Assembly: GCF_003334315.1 (NCBI RefSeq)
Contig: NZ_QOWR01000013.1
Source: Escherichia coli
Lineage (GTDB): Bacteria; Pseudomonadota; Gammaproteobacteria; Enterobacterales; Enterobacteriaceae
Strand: one strand, 5' to 3'
Length of the DNA: 64,000 nucleotides
Under the pieces are notes generated by a model. That model did not search any database. It saw only the letters and a program-made list of their open reading frames with translations, and was not told the origin of the DNA. Shown here piece by piece: positions 1-10,896 of the stretch. Position numbers and translations under genes: made by a program. How positions within the stretch are numbered: position 1 is the first letter of the stretch; every line of letters starts with the position of its first letter.

Positions 1-96
1 CGCGAGGCATCGTCTTAACGAGGCACCGAGGCGTCGCATTCTTCAGATGGTTCAACCCTTAAGTTAGCGCTTATGGGTTTTACCCCCGCGTGGTGG

Positions 97-249
97 CTAC
101 TTCTTCGATTCGTAAGCGAGAACTGCCTTAAACTCCATACCACGTTCTCTGATACTCAACTCACACAACGAGTCGCCTACCATCAGCGTGAATCCCAGTA
201 CTGTAAAACACAGCACTATGATTGCCACAAGGGCATATTTTGTCAGCAT
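97..249 (-). CDS. Hok/Gef-family type I membrane toxin, 50 aa (possibly the hokX-type locus next to cysH)
   Basis: Small minus-strand ORF below the track size cutoff: [50 protein letters not shown]. Hydrophobic N-terminal helix followed by the LCE..R...E.KAVLAYE tail typical of Hok/Gef toxins; GGGAGG Shine-Dalgarno about 7 nt upstream of the ATG. Confidence 0.6.
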   Translation of the reverse strand: MLTKYALVAIIVLCFTVLGFTLMVGDSLCELSIRERGMEFKAVLAYESKK

Positions 250-347
250 GTCTTGCCTCCCTGCAAAGAAGAGACTAACATTCGAATTGTTTGGGTTCGA
301 ACGTAAGCCTCAGGTTGATAGAAATATCGCCTGGGGCTTTTGTCCAT
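243..347 (-). CDS. mok-like leader ORF (34 aa) overlapping the start of the hok-like toxin
   Basis: [37 protein letters not shown] ends with TGA overlapping the toxin ATG (ACATGCTGA), the arrangement used for translational coupling in hok/mok loci. Inference from layout only. Confidence 0.35.
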   Translation of the reverse strand: MDKSPRRYFYQPEAYVRTQTIRMLVSSLQGGKTC

Positions 348-513
348 CTGGAACCTCGCGAATGCTTAACGCCAGACAGCCTCAAGCACCCGACGCCATT
401 CTATACCTGATAATTCTTCCAGCGGCGTTCACGTTTAAAATCAGGAATACTGCTCGCAAAATAAAAACGCCCCCATCATTTCTGACAGAGGCGTTTAATT
501 TATCCGGCAATAT

Positions 514-1248
514 TTACCCTTCGTGCAATCCACATTCCCTTTTTAAGCCAAAGAAACGTGTTTCTTCTTCCGACATGCCAGGTTCCCATTTACGGGTTGT
601 ATGGGTATCACCGACCGATAAATATCCTTCATCCCATAATGGGTGATATTTCAGGCCATGTTTTTGCAGGTACTGATAAATAGTTCGGTTATCCCAGTCG
701 ATAATCGGCAGCACTTTAAATACGCCACGCTGAATTGCCAGCACCGGTAAATTGGCGCGACTGCCGGATTGTTCACGGCGCAGGCCAGCAAACCAGGTTT
801 GCGCATTCAGTTCTTTCAGAGCCCGGTTCATCGGTTCGACTTTGTTGATGTCATTGTACTTTTCAATGCCTTCAACGCCCTGCTCCCACAGTTTTCCGTA
901 GCGTGCTTCCTGCCAGGCTGCGCTTTCGGTAGCACGGTACACTTTCAGGTTGAGCTTGAGTTTGTCCGTTAACTCGTCAATAAAGCGGTAGGTTTCCGGG
1001 AACAAGTAACCCGTATCGGTGAGGATCACCGGAATATCCGGGCGAATTTGATTCACCAGATGCAGGCTCACCGCCGCCTGAATGCCAAAGCTGGAAGAAA
1101 GTACATATTCACCGGGCAGATTATCCAGCGCCCAGGCTACGCGGCCTTCAGCGTCCAGTTTTTCCAGTTCGGCGTTAGTTTCCGCCAGCGCCAGAATGCG
1201 ATCTACCTTCGGCAGTTCGTTCAGGGCGTTTAGATCGAGTTTGGACAT
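514..1248 (-). CDS. cysH: phosphoadenosine phosphosulfate (PAPS) reductase
   Basis: Track ORF 514..1287; product recognised as CysH; start placed at internal Met ([14 protein letters not shown]...) to give the 244-aa protein. Confidence 0.95.
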
Positions 1249-1265
1249 AGATTCCTCACTGTTTG

Positions 1266-1310
1266 CCTTGCCTGATGCGACGCTCACGCGTTCTTATCAG
1301 GCCTACAAGA
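1266..1310. repeat. REP-like palindromic element between cysH and cysI
   Basis: GCCTGATGCGACGCT...CTTATCAGGCCTAC motif typical of enterobacterial REP units. Confidence 0.5.
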
Positions 1311-1322
1311 CCGGACTGATGG

Positions 1323-3035
1323 TTAATCCCACAAATCGCGCGCCGGATCGAGCACCGGGCGAATGATGCCCGCACGCACCGTAAAGTCGCCGAAGCCTTC
1401 ACCCGCTTCGCGCTCTTTCGCCCAGCGCCCTATCAGTTCATCAAGCGACGCCAGGATTTCCGGCTCGGTGATGTTTTCTTTATACATCCGAGGGATACGT
1501 GTCCCAATGCGGTTGCCGCCAAGATGCAGGTTGTAGCGACCCGGCGCTTTACCCACCAGGCCCACTTCCGCCAGCATCGCGCGACCACAACCGTTCGGGC
1601 AGCCTGTTACACGCATCACGATATGCTCATCGCTGACACCATGTTTCGCCATTAAATTATCGATGTTGTCGATAAAAGACGGCAGGAAACGCTCCGCTTC
1701 CGCCATCGCCAGCGGGCAAGTCGGGAATGACACGCAGGCCATTGAGTTTTCACGCTGCGGCGTGACGGCATTCATTAACCCGCTCTCTTTGGCGATCTTC
1801 TCGATCTTCGCTTTCTCGCTTTCCGGTACACCGGCGATGATCAGATTCTGGTTCGCCGTAATGCGGAAATCGCCTTTGTGGATCTTCGCGATCTCCAGCA
1901 GGCCGGTTTTCAGCGGACGCGCCGGATAATCAAGGATGCGACCATTTTCGATAAACAGCGTCAGGTGCCAGTTATCATCAATGCCCTTAACCCAGCCAAT
2001 ACGATCGCCTCGTCCGGTGAACTCATATGGACGGATCGGTTCAAATTTGATCCCCGCGCGACGCTCCACTTCCGCTTTAAACGTCTCAACCCCCACGCGC
2101 TCCAGCGTGTATTTGGTTTTGGCATTTTTACGATCGGTTCGGTTACCCCAGTCACGCTGAGTTGTCACGACGGCTTCGGCCACCGCCAGCGTATGCTCCA
2201 GCGGCAGATAGCCAAACTCACTCGCGGTGCGGGCGTAGGTTTTCTTGTTGCCGTGTTCGATGGAAAGCCCACCGCCCACCAACAGGTTAAAGCCCACCAG
2301 CTTGCCGTTTTCGGCGATCGCCACGAAGTTCATGTCGTTGGCGTGCAGATCGATATCGTTCTGTGGCGGGATCACTACCGTGGTTTTGAATTTACGCGGC
2401 AGGTAGGTCTGGCCGAGGATCGGTTCTTCATCAGTAGTGGCGACTTTTTCCTGGTCGAGCCAGATCTCCGCATACGCGCGGGTACGCGGCAGCAGATGCT
2501 CAGAAATCTTCTTCGCCCACTCGTACGCTTCCGCGTGTAGCTGCGACTCGTAAGGGTTCGAGGTGCAGAGTACGTTACGGTTCATGTCGTTAGCGGTCGC
2601 CAGCGCATCAAGACCAACCGAGTGCAGCATCTGGTGCACCGGTTTGACGTTCTTTTTCAGAATGCCGTGGAACTGAAACGTCTGGCGGTTGGTCAGGCGA
2701 ATGCTGCCATAGATGGTGTTTTCACCGGCAAATTTGTCTATCGCCTGCCACTGTTTAGTGGTAATCACCCCACCCGGCAGACGGCAGCGCAACAGCATCG
2801 CGTGGCGCGGCTCCAGCTTCTGTTCAGCACGTTCGGCGCGGATGTCGCGGTCATCCTGCTGATACATGCCATGGAAGCGGATCAGCAGGAAGTTGTCGCC
2901 CTTAAAGCCGCCGGTCAGACCGTCGTTTAAATCTTCCGCAATGGTGCCGCGCAGGTAGTTGCTTTCAAGCTTCATGCGCTCGGCGTCTGTCAGTTTTCCT
3001 TCGACCACTAAAGGCCCTGGATGTTTTTCGCTCAT
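1323..3035 (-). CDS. cysI: sulfite reductase hemoprotein beta subunit
   Basis: 570-aa ORF recognised as CysI; siroheme/4Fe-4S cysteine motifs near C-terminus; start overlaps cysJ stop. Confidence 0.96.
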   Translation of the reverse strand: MSEKHPGPLVVEGKLTDAERMKLESNYLRGTIAEDLNDGLTGGFKGDNFLLIRFHGMYQQDDRDIRAERAEQKLEPRHAMLLRCRLPGGVITTKQWQAIDKFAGENTIYGSIRLTNRQTFQFHGILKKNVKPVHQMLHSVGLDALATANDMNRNVLCTSNPYESQLHAEAYEWAKKISEHLLPRTRAYAEIWLDQEKVATTDEEPILGQTYLPRKFKTTVVIPPQNDIDLHANDMNFVAIAENGKLVGFNLLVGGGLSIEHGNKKTYARTASEFGYLPLEHTLAVAEAVVTTQRDWGNRTDRKNAKTKYTLERVGVETFKAEVERRAGIKFEPIRPYEFTGRGDRIGWVKGIDDNWHLTLFIENGRILDYPARPLKTGLLEIAKIHKGDFRITANQNLIIAGVPESEKAKIEKIAKESGLMNAVTPQRENSMACVSFPTCPLAMAEAERFLPSFIDNIDNLMAKHGVSDEHIVMRVTGCPNGCGRAMLAEVGLVGKAPGRYNLHLGGNRIGTRIPRMYKENITEPEILASLDELIGRWAKEREAGEGFGDFTVRAGIIRPVLDPARDLWD

Positions 3036-4834
3036 TAGTAGACATCTCGCTGATAACGGCGCTCTACGCGCAGCTCACTTAAAAATTCATCCGCCGCTTC
3101 GGTGTCCATGCCACCAAATTCGGCAATCACTTCCAGAAGTGCCTGCTCAACGTCTTTCGCCATGCGATTAGCGTCACCGCAGACATAAATGTGGGCACCG
3201 TCATTGATCCAGCGCCACAGCTCCGCGCCCTGTTCGCGCAGTTTGTCTTGTACGTAAACTTTTTCTTTTTGGTCGCGCGACCAGGCGAGATCGATCCGCG
3301 TCAGCACACCCTCTTTGACGTAGCGCTGCCACTCCACCTGGTAGAGGAAATCTTCCGTAAAGTGCGGGTTGCCAAAGAACAGCCAGTTTTTTCCCGGCGC
3401 TTCATCGGCAGCACGTTGCTGCATAAAGGCGCGGAACGGCGCGATGCCGGTGCCTGGGCCAATCATAATCACCGGGGTTTCTGGATTGGCTGGCAGGCGG
3501 AAGTTATCGTTATGTTCGATAAATACGCGGACTTCGCCCTCTTCTTCCACGCGGTCAGCGAGGAAGCTGGAGGCACCACCGGCACGGGCGCGGCCTTCCA
3601 CGTCGTAACGCACCACACCAACGGTGACGTGTACTTCGTTCTCGACTTCCGCCTGCGAGGAGGCAATGGAATAGAGACGCGGCGTCAGCGGGCGCAGCAG
3701 ATTAATTAGCGCTTCGGCATCAAGCTGTGCCGGGGAGAAACGCACCATGTCAACAATCGGCGTCGTCGCGGCGTAATGCTGTAACTTCGCTTTATCGCCC
3801 ACCAGCGGCAGCAGTGTTTCACTGCGGGTAAGCGTGGCGTAATTCTCAACAATGTTGGCGGTGTTGACGGTCAGTTCGAAGTGCCACTGTAGCGCTTCGT
3901 TCAGAGGCAACGTTTTGCCCTCGACGGTGACAGGTTCATCGCCTTTCAGCCACAGCAGTTCGACAAGTTCTTTCACCAGTGCCGGATCGTTCTGATACCA
4001 GACGCCCAGCGCGTCACCCGGCTGGTAACGCAGGCCCGAGTCACCTAAGTCAATTTCGATATGGCGAACGTCTTTTTCAGAGTTACGCCCGGTAATTTTC
4101 TGGTTAACAGAGAGGCTAGCCACCAGCGGCGCGTCTTTGCTGTACGGGCTGGTGTGGATTTCATTTACCGCGCCAGTAGCGACGGATTGCGAAGGTGCCG
4201 CGACAGGCGCACGCGATTTAAGCGCATCAACCACGCGGGCGCGCCACTCGCTGGCAGCAGCCTGGTATTCAACATCGGCATCGACACGGTCGAGCAGGCG
4301 TTCACCACCCAGTTCCGCCAGCTTGCTGTCGAAATCTTTCCCGGACTGGCAGAAAAATTCATAAGAGCTATCGCCGAGGCTAAACACGGCAAACGCGGTG
4401 TTTTCCAGCTTTGGCGCTTTTTTGGAGAACAGGAACTTATGCAGCGCGACGGCTTCTTCCGGCGGTTCCCCTTCCCCTTGCGTTGACGTCACTACGATGA
4501 GCAGTTTTTCGCTGGCGACTTGTTTGAATTTATAGTCGCCCGCGTTCACCAGCTTAACGTTCAGTTTTGCTGCTAATAAATCATCACGTAATGCTTCAGC
4601 AACCCGGCGCGCATTGCCGGTTTGCGAGGCGGAGATAATAGTTATACCCGGCATTTCTGCGGCTGGCGCTGGCGTCGCTGCAAGCGCAGCAGGCTGCTGA
4701 TTGAGTACGCCCCAGAAATAGCCAGAAACCCAGGCAAGCTGGGTGGGAGTTAAATCGGTCGTGGCCGCCTGAAGGCGTGCCAGTTGCTCCGGGTTCAACG
4801 GAAGCAACGCGGAAGGTGGGACCTGTGTCGTCAT
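3035..4834 (-). CDS. cysJ: sulfite reductase flavoprotein alpha subunit
   Basis: 599-aa ORF recognised as CysJ (flavodoxin-like N-terminus, FAD/NADPH reductase C-terminus). Confidence 0.96.
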   Translation of the reverse strand: MTTQVPPSALLPLNPEQLARLQAATTDLTPTQLAWVSGYFWGVLNQQPAALAATPAPAAEMPGITIISASQTGNARRVAEALRDDLLAAKLNVKLVNAGDYKFKQVASEKLLIVVTSTQGEGEPPEEAVALHKFLFSKKAPKLENTAFAVFSLGDSSYEFFCQSGKDFDSKLAELGGERLLDRVDADVEYQAAASEWRARVVDALKSRAPVAAPSQSVATGAVNEIHTSPYSKDAPLVASLSVNQKITGRNSEKDVRHIEIDLGDSGLRYQPGDALGVWYQNDPALVKELVELLWLKGDEPVTVEGKTLPLNEALQWHFELTVNTANIVENYATLTRSETLLPLVGDKAKLQHYAATTPIVDMVRFSPAQLDAEALINLLRPLTPRLYSIASSQAEVENEVHVTVGVVRYDVEGRARAGGASSFLADRVEEEGEVRVFIEHNDNFRLPANPETPVIMIGPGTGIAPFRAFMQQRAADEAPGKNWLFFGNPHFTEDFLYQVEWQRYVKEGVLTRIDLAWSRDQKEKVYVQDKLREQGAELWRWINDGAHIYVCGDANRMAKDVEQALLEVIAEFGGMDTEAADEFLSELRVERRYQRDVY

Positions 4835-5149
4835 GCGTCGTTATGTTCCAGTAAGCAAAGCTGTTTCTGCGCCCTGTCAGCGCCCATAAAACAGAAGAGA
4901 AGGTAAGGTTAACGGGGCAAACGGTGTGGATTAAAGACGGGATAGCGATAACTAATAACCAAATCGACTAACCTGTTTTAGCAATAGTCTTTAACAACAA
5001 AATAGATTAACCAACCTAATGAAAAACAAATGAATTTAGCCAATCATTAAGATAAATCAGCGATTTTGCGCAACAAAGTCGTTTTAGATAATGCGAATAA
5101 ACAGCCTTTCCGGTACTCTACGGCGGTTTTATCGTCCTGTAGAGAAATT

Positions 5150-5515
5150 ATGATGTCCACCACGTTATTTAAAGATTTCACCTTCGAAGCCGCTCACCGC
5201 TTACCACACGTCCCGGAAGGGCATAAATGTGGTCGCCTGCACGGGCATTCCTTTATGGTGCGACTGGAAATTACCGGGGAAGTCGATCCGCATACGGGCT
5301 GGATTATCGATTTCGCTGAACTAAAAGCGGCGTTTAAACCAACCTACGAGCGCCTCGATCACCATTATCTCAATGATATTCCAGGTCTGGAAAACCCAAC
5401 CAGCGAGGTTTTAGCAAAATGGATTTGGGATCAGGTTAAACCCGTTGTGCCGCTGTTAAGTGCGGTGATGGTAAAAGAAACCTGCACCGCAGGTTGTATC
5501 TATCGCGGCGAATGA
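5150..5515 (+). CDS. queD: 6-carboxy-5,6,7,8-tetrahydropterin synthase
   Basis: Track ORF 5066..5515; start placed at [21 protein letters not shown]... (121 aa); CxxxHGH motif. Confidence 0.9.
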   Translation: MMSTTLFKDFTFEAAHRLPHVPEGHKCGRLHGHSFMVRLEITGEVDPHTGWIIDFAELKAAFKPTYERLDHHYLNDIPGLENPTSEVLAKWIWDQVKPVVPLLSAVMVKETCTAGCIYRGE

Positions 5516-5592
5516 TAAGAGTGTGTCGGCGGTCAATTTCCCTTAAGTAACGCTATGTTAGGGTGTTGTGTTCTGGATATCTGGGGCATGAC

Positions 5593-6864
5593 ATGGAAGA
5601 CGACTGCGACATTATTATTATTGGTGCCGGTATTGCAGGCACCGCTTGCGCGTTACGCTGCGCGCGAGCGGGTTTATCCGTTTTGTTACTGGAACGCGCT
5701 GAAATCCCCGGCAGCAAAAATCTTTCCGGCGGGCGGTTATATACCCATGCACTCGCGGAACTCCTCCCGCAATTTCATCTGACCGCGCCTCTTGAACGAC
5801 GCATCACTCACGAAAGCCTTTCCCTGTTAACGCCGGATGGCGCAACGACGTTTTCCAGCTTACAGCCCGGCGGTGAATCCTGGAGTGTATTACGTGCACG
5901 GTTCGATCCGTGGCTGGTTGCCGAAGCCGAAGAAGAAGGTGTCGAATGCATCCCCGGAGCGACGGTGGATGCACTGTATGAAGAAAACGGCAGGGTGTGT
6001 GGTGTCATTTGTGGTGACGATATTCTCCGTGCCCGTTATGTGGTGCTGGCAGAAGGTGCCAACAGCGTCCTGGCTGAGCGTCACGGGTTAGTGACTCGTC
6101 CTGCTGGTGAAGCGATGGCGTTGGGGATCAAAGAAGTGCTGTCGCTGGAACCATCCGCTATTGAAGAACGTTTTCATCTGGAGAATAACGAAGGCGCAGC
6201 GTTGCTGTTCAGCGGCAGGATCTGTGATGACTTACCCGGCGGCGCATTTCTTTATACTAATCAACAAACGCTCTCGTTAGGGATTGTTTGCCCGCTCTCT
6301 TCCCTTACGCAAAGCCGTGTTCCGGCAAGCGAGCTGCTGACTCGCTTTAAAGCGCATCCGGCAGTGCGCCCGCTTATCAAAAACACGGAATCACTGGAGT
6401 ATGGTGCGCATCTGGTGCCAGAAGGTGGCTTGCACAGTATGCCGGTGCAATACGCCGGTAACGGCTGGCTGCTGGTGGGCGATGCGTTGCGCAGTTGCGT
6501 CAATACCGGAATTTCCGTGCGCGGCATGGATATGGCGCTGACTGGCGCGCAGGCGGCGGCACAAACGCTGATAAGCGCCTGCCAGCACCGCGAGCCGCAA
6601 AATCTGTTTCCGCTTTATCATCACAACGTAGAGCGCAGCCTGCTGTGGGATGTTCTACAGCGTTATCAGCATGTTCCGGCGCTTTTGCAACGCCCGGGAT
6701 GGTACCGTACGTGGCCTGCGTTAATGCAAGATATTTCCCGCGATTTATGGGATCAGGGTGATAAACCTGTTCCACCGCTGCGCCAGTTATTCTGGCATCA
6801 TTTACGTCGTCACGGCCTGTGGCATCTGGCGGGCGATGTTATCAGGAGTCTGCGATGTCTGTAG
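5593..6864 (+). CDS. ygcN: FixC-like FAD-dependent oxidoreductase (ETF-quinone oxidoreductase family)
   Basis: Track ORF 5563..6864; start placed at MEDDCDIIIIGAGIAG (Rossmann FAD motif), giving 423 aa. Confidence 0.85.
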   Translation: MEDDCDIIIIGAGIAGTACALRCARAGLSVLLLERAEIPGSKNLSGGRLYTHALAELLPQFHLTAPLERRITHESLSLLTPDGATTFSSLQPGGESWSVLRARFDPWLVAEAEEEGVECIPGATVDALYEENGRVCGVICGDDILRARYVVLAEGANSVLAERHGLVTRPAGEAMALGIKEVLSLEPSAIEERFHLENNEGAALLFSGRICDDLPGGAFLYTNQQTLSLGIVCPLSSLTQSRVPASELLTRFKAHPAVRPLIKNTESLEYGAHLVPEGGLHSMPVQYAGNGWLLVGDALRSCVNTGISVRGMDMALTGAQAAAQTLISACQHREPQNLFPLYHHNVERSLLWDVLQRYQHVPALLQRPGWYRTWPALMQDISRDLWDQGDKPVPPLRQLFWHHLRRHGLWHLAGDVIRSLRCL

Positions 6865-7115
6865 CCCGTAATCTCTGGCGCGTTGCTGATGCGCCGCACA
6901 TTGTTCCGGCTGACTCCGTTGAGCGCCAGACGGCAGAACGGTTGATTAACGCCTGTCCGGCAGGTCTTTTTTCGCTCACACCGGAAGGTAACTTACGTAT
7001 TGACTATCGCAGTTGCCTGGAGTGTGGCACCTGCCGTTTGCTGTGCGACGAATCAACACTACAACAGTGGCGCTATCCGCCTTCCGGATTCGGCATCACC
7101 TACCGCTTTGGATAA
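6855..7115 (+). CDS. ygcO: FixX-like ferredoxin
   Basis: Track ORF 6819..7115; start at MSVARNLW... overlaps the ygcN stop; cysteine cluster CLECGTCRLLC. Confidence 0.85.
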   Translation: MSVARNLWRVADAPHIVPADSVERQTAERLINACPAGLFSLTPEGNLRIDYRSCLECGTCRLLCDESTLQQWRYPPSGFGITYRFG

Positions 7116-7131
7116 ATAATAAGGATAATTT

Positions 7132-7707
7132 ATGCCCCTCTTACACCTGCTCCGCCAGAATCCGGTGATTGCTGCCGTTAAAGATAATGCCAGCCTGCAA
7201 CTGGCAATCGATTCTGAATGCCAATTTATTTCCGTGTTGTACGGCAATATCTGCACCATCAGTAATATCGTTAAAAAGATTAAGAACGCCGGGAAATATG
7301 CTTTTATTCATGTTGATTTGCTGGAAGGCGCGTCAAATAAAGAAGTCGTTATTCAGTTTTTGAAACTGGTGACCGAGGCGGACGGCATTATCAGTACCAA
7401 AGCCTCAATGTTGAAAGCGGCAAGAGCGGAAGGTTTTTTCTGTATTCATCGCCTGTTTATTGTTGATTCAATTTCGTTTCACAACATTGATAAGCAAGTT
7501 GCGCAATCGAATCCGGATTGTATTGAGATCCTGCCAGGCTGTATGCCCAAAGTGCTGGGCTGGGTGACAGAGAAAATCCGCCAACCGCTGATTGCCGGTG
7601 GGCTGGTGTGCGATGAAGAAGATGCGCGTAATGCGATTAACGCGGGTGTCGTGGCGCTTTCCACCACGAATACCGGGGTCTGGACGTTAGCGAAAAAATT
7701 ACTTTGA
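7132..7707 (+). CDS. ygcP: GlpP-family transcription antiterminator (glycerol-3-phosphate-responsive type)
   Basis: 191-aa ORF recognised as YgcP; family assignment from memory. Confidence 0.85.
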   Translation: MPLLHLLRQNPVIAAVKDNASLQLAIDSECQFISVLYGNICTISNIVKKIKNAGKYAFIHVDLLEGASNKEVVIQFLKLVTEADGIISTKASMLKAARAEGFFCIHRLFIVDSISFHNIDKQVAQSNPDCIEILPGCMPKVLGWVTEKIRQPLIAGGLVCDEEDARNAINAGVVALSTTNTGVWTLAKKLL

Positions 7708-7742
7708 CGGGATAATCGTAACCAATTGAATTTGGTTTGATT

Positions 7743-7815
7743 TGTAGGCCGCACGCCACATCCGACATTCAGCGCCTGATGCGACGCTTGACGCGTCTTA
7801 TCAGGCCTACAAGTC
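7743..7815. repeat. REP element in the ygcP / ygcQ convergent gap
   Basis: GTAGGCC...GCCTGATGCGACGCTTGACGCGTCTTATCAGGCCTAC palindromic unit. Confidence 0.6.
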
Positions 7816-7854
7816 CCCAGGCCAGAACCGTAGGCAGGATCATCCGGCAACACG

Positions 7855-8715
7855 TTATTGGCAATCTGCGTGAATGTTTGTCACCAGTGCCTCCAGCACC
7901 ACTTTCCAGTCATCAACCACGCCAACATCTGCCTGTGAAAATACCGCAGCGCTGGCGTCATGATTAATCGCCACCACAAACTTGCTATTGCGTACGCCCG
8001 CCATTAACGCTGCTGCGCCAGAAGCGCCAACAACAATACACACCTCAGGTGCCAGCAGATGTCCGGAAATACCAATCACTTTTTCAGCATCAACGCCACC
8101 GTTCATCACTCGCGCCCGACTGTAGCCCACTTCGGCTCCCAGCTTTTCTGCCAGCATAGCGATTTCCTGGTTATCTGCCTCTCCGCCCTGCCCCACCACC
8201 AGCACCCGTCTGGCCTCAGCTAATGGGTCGCGGGTAACATTTTTCAGATCCTCTGTGCTAACCAGCCAGTCCGGAAGCGCACCCGGGACAATGTTCAGTT
8301 GTTGCATTCCAGAGGGCAACGTGGCGTTTTTCGCTGCTCCCGCCTGACGCGCCAGGGAAAGGCATAGCGGGCGTTTTTCTGTTTGCAGCGTCGCCGTTAG
8401 CGCATTTCCCCAGTGGGATTTGCGCACGCTTACGGTTGGAATATCTAACGAAGTCACCTGGCAGATGCTTGCACCATGTAAACGCCAGGCCAGCCGGGTC
8501 GACAGTTCATCGCCAAACGTTCCCGGCGGAAAGAGAACAACGTCCGCAGGCGTTCGCTGCCACTGTTCCACCAACGCATCCAGCACCTGTTCCGCCACTA
8601 CAGGCTGAGGTTCAATCTGCCAGTGCGCCAGGGTACAACCGCTGAAATCCTGCGCCGCCAGCCAGCTTGCTATTGCGGCATTCTCCTGATTTATTGTCAC
8701 AATTGCGATATTCAT
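7855..8715 (-). CDS. ygcQ: electron-transfer flavoprotein alpha subunit (FixB-like)
   Basis: Track ORF 7855..8748; start at MNIAIVTINQ...; ATGA overlap with the ygcR stop. Confidence 0.85.
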   Translation of the reverse strand: MNIAIVTINQENAAIASWLAAQDFSGCTLAHWQIEPQPVVAEQVLDALVEQWQRTPADVVLFPPGTFGDELSTRLAWRLHGASICQVTSLDIPTVSVRKSHWGNALTATLQTEKRPLCLSLARQAGAAKNATLPSGMQQLNIVPGALPDWLVSTEDLKNVTRDPLAEARRVLVVGQGGEADNQEIAMLAEKLGAEVGYSRARVMNGGVDAEKVIGISGHLLAPEVCIVVGASGAAALMAGVRNSKFVVAINHDASAAVFSQADVGVVDDWKVVLEALVTNIHADCQ

Positions 8716-9491
8716 GGCTGCATCCTTTGGCGTAAATAGTCCTGCCATAGCTTTTGAGCTTTTTCTGCTACCGTTTGCCCATCAATCAGCGTCGCTCCGC
8801 GTCGTTGCTCTGCTCTTGCCAGTTGCAGACACTGCATCGCTGGCATTTCGGCAGCAACAGTTTTACGGATAATTTCTGCTTTCCCCGCAGCCATTCGCTG
8901 GCGCATTCCCGGTACTGGCAAGGCCACTTCACCGCACTGACGCACGGCAATCACCGCAGGCAAGCGAACCCGGCAACAACGCAACCCATGTTCAGTACGC
9001 TGTTCGAGGGTGATAAACAGCGCGTCGAGAGTGAAACGCTCCACCTGGGTGAAGCAGGGCCAGCCCAGCATTTCCGCCAGCAAAAATGGCGTTTGCCCAT
9101 TCTGCCCTTCGCTGCTTTGGCAGCCGGTAATTATCAGATCCAGCGGATTCTGATGCTGCCATTCGGCAATATGGCGAGCGACAAATTCCGGCGCAAAGCG
9201 CAGATCTGCCGCCGTCTCCAGCAATACAGCTTCCTCAAACCCAAGAGCCATGAGATAGCGCAGCCAGTGCAATGCCCGTTCATCCCCCATGCTCAACGCG
9301 GTTAAAGACATCGGCGTACCGTTTTTTCTCTGCGCCAACAGCAGCGCGGCAGCGGCCTGTTCATCAGCACCGAGTAAACTTCGCAGTAGCGAAATATCCG
9401 GTCCGCTTTTACCCTGAGCCGCCGCCTGCCACTCTTTTTCCGCCAGCATTCCGGCATCCGGTTCGGCTTTAAACGCTAACAGAATGTTCAT
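8712..9491 (-). CDS. ygcR: electron-transfer flavoprotein beta subunit (FixA-like)
   Basis: Track ORF 8712..9497 begins on GTG; start placed at MNILLAFKAEPD... with AGGAGG Shine-Dalgarno upstream. Confidence 0.85.
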   Translation of the reverse strand: MNILLAFKAEPDAGMLAEKEWQAAAQGKSGPDISLLRSLLGADEQAAAALLLAQRKNGTPMSLTALSMGDERALHWLRYLMALGFEEAVLLETAADLRFAPEFVARHIAEWQHQNPLDLIITGCQSSEGQNGQTPFLLAEMLGWPCFTQVERFTLDALFITLEQRTEHGLRCCRVRLPAVIAVRQCGEVALPVPGMRQRMAAGKAEIIRKTVAAEMPAMQCLQLARAEQRRGATLIDGQTVAEKAQKLWQDYLRQRMQP

Positions 9492-10803
9492 TCGCACCTC
9501 CTACATTTCCCGCCACCAGCGGGAGGGCTTTAGTTTCTGGTGCCCATAGCCAGGTCACAACAAAACCAACCAACAACACTGTCGCCAGGAGCAATAAGGT
9601 GACTTGCATTCCCCACTGCGCCAGCACCCACGGCAGCAGGCCAGTACTTACCGCCGCGCCAAGTCGACTCATGGCAGTGGCAAAACCGACGCCCAGCGAG
9701 CGAATGTCAGTAGGAAAACTTTCCGCAGGCAAAATGCCCACCAGATTACTGACTGCCGAAATGGTGGTGCTGAAGAGAACAAAAAGCAGCAGCGTTAATG
9801 AACTGCCGGAAGGCAAACAGGCCATGACTACCAGCGTTGCCGCCAGCAGCAAAAAACTTCCCAGCAAAAATTTGCGATGTGCCAGCAGGTGCGTCAGAAC
9901 TAATCCCAGCAGCGCGCCCACAATTAACAACGCATTAAGCATCAGGCTGGCAGTCAGCGCATCTTCCAGACCAATAGTCTGGGCGATAGTTGGCAGCCAG
10001 GTATAAATCACAAACCATGGGATTACGAGGCTGACAAAGAAGACGCTGTTAAACGCCGTGCGCCGCCAGTAACGCGAAGAGAACAAGGTTTTGATGTGTT
10101 TATGGGTCGCCGTTACCACTTCATCGCCCAGTAAAACATGGGGACCAAAATAGCGATGCACGATAGCGTGAGCTTCTGCAAAACGCCCCTGGCGCAGTAG
10201 CCAGCGTGGTGATTCTGGCGTTCCCCAGCGTAATAACGTAATCAACAACGCGGGCAGAGCTGCCGATGCCAGTAGCCAGCGCCAGGCCTCCGGGTTTTCG
10301 GAAATAAAGTGATGTCCGGCAATACTTGCCAGCACATAGCCTACGGTCCACACCACGCTGAATGCGCCCAGCAAAATACCGCGATGGCGGCGCGGGGAAA
10401 ATTCAGCCAGCAAGGTGTGACCTACTGAATAATCGCCTCCCAGACCAATGCCAATCAAAATGCGCAGTCCAATAAGATGCTCTGGCGTGGTGGCAAAAAA
10501 TTGTAAAAACGAAGCAAGCGTAATCAGCAAAAAGCTGAAGGTGAAGATTTTTTGCCGACCAATATGGTCGGAGATCCACCCAAGAACCAAGCTGCCAAGG
10601 AACAAACCAAGGAGCGCCGAGCCGCCGATCATTCCCGCCATAAACGGCGTCAGTTGCATGGCGGGCGTAAGCTGAATAATGGCGTAACCAATGACGCCGA
10701 GAACATAACCGTCGGTCAGGTGTGCGCCGAAAGTGAGCGCAGCAATGCGGCAGTGAAAACGGTTAAGCGGTAAATCATCCATTCGCACCGGTGAAGTGTT
10801 CAT
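9469..10803 (-). CDS. ygcS: MFS transporter (sugar-porter-like)
   Basis: Track ORF 9469..10875; start placed at MNTSPVRMDDLPL... with AAGGGG Shine-Dalgarno; multi-pass membrane protein; 3-prime end overlaps the ygcR start. Confidence 0.8.
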   Translation of the reverse strand: MNTSPVRMDDLPLNRFHCRIAALTFGAHLTDGYVLGVIGYAIIQLTPAMQLTPFMAGMIGGSALLGLFLGSLVLGWISDHIGRQKIFTFSFLLITLASFLQFFATTPEHLIGLRILIGIGLGGDYSVGHTLLAEFSPRRHRGILLGAFSVVWTVGYVLASIAGHHFISENPEAWRWLLASAALPALLITLLRWGTPESPRWLLRQGRFAEAHAIVHRYFGPHVLLGDEVVTATHKHIKTLFSSRYWRRTAFNSVFFVSLVIPWFVIYTWLPTIAQTIGLEDALTASLMLNALLIVGALLGLVLTHLLAHRKFLLGSFLLLAATLVVMACLPSGSSLTLLLFVLFSTTISAVSNLVGILPAESFPTDIRSLGVGFATAMSRLGAAVSTGLLPWVLAQWGMQVTLLLLATVLLVGFVVTWLWAPETKALPLVAGNVGGANEHSVSV

Positions 10804-10896
10804 CTTTACCCCTTCATTGTCCGGTAATAAGAACGGCTTCTCGCCTGAGAAGCCGAAAAGGCAACGCCCCGTCATCGCGGAACGCTGCCTGACACA

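Noticed and set aside
1-513. Considered calling the strain cas-less because cysH is followed by a hok-like locus rather than cas3
   Set aside because: The window ends about 500 bp past cysH; a cas operon could lie just beyond the edge. Absence cannot be concluded from this window.
73-646. Plus-strand ORFs 73..306 and 188..646 at the window start
   Set aside because: No recognisable product or RBS; both are antisense to the hok/mok-like locus and the 3-prime end of cysH. Kept only as possible coincidental frames; an antisense Sok-like RNA, if present, would be non-coding.
1878-2540. 220-aa plus-strand ORF inside cysI, and similar antisense ORFs inside cysJ, fucI (48715..49464), gudX (32525..33124) and others
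   Set aside because: All lie wholly inside confidently identified genes on the opposite strand and lack recognisable domains; treated as noise from the six-frame track.
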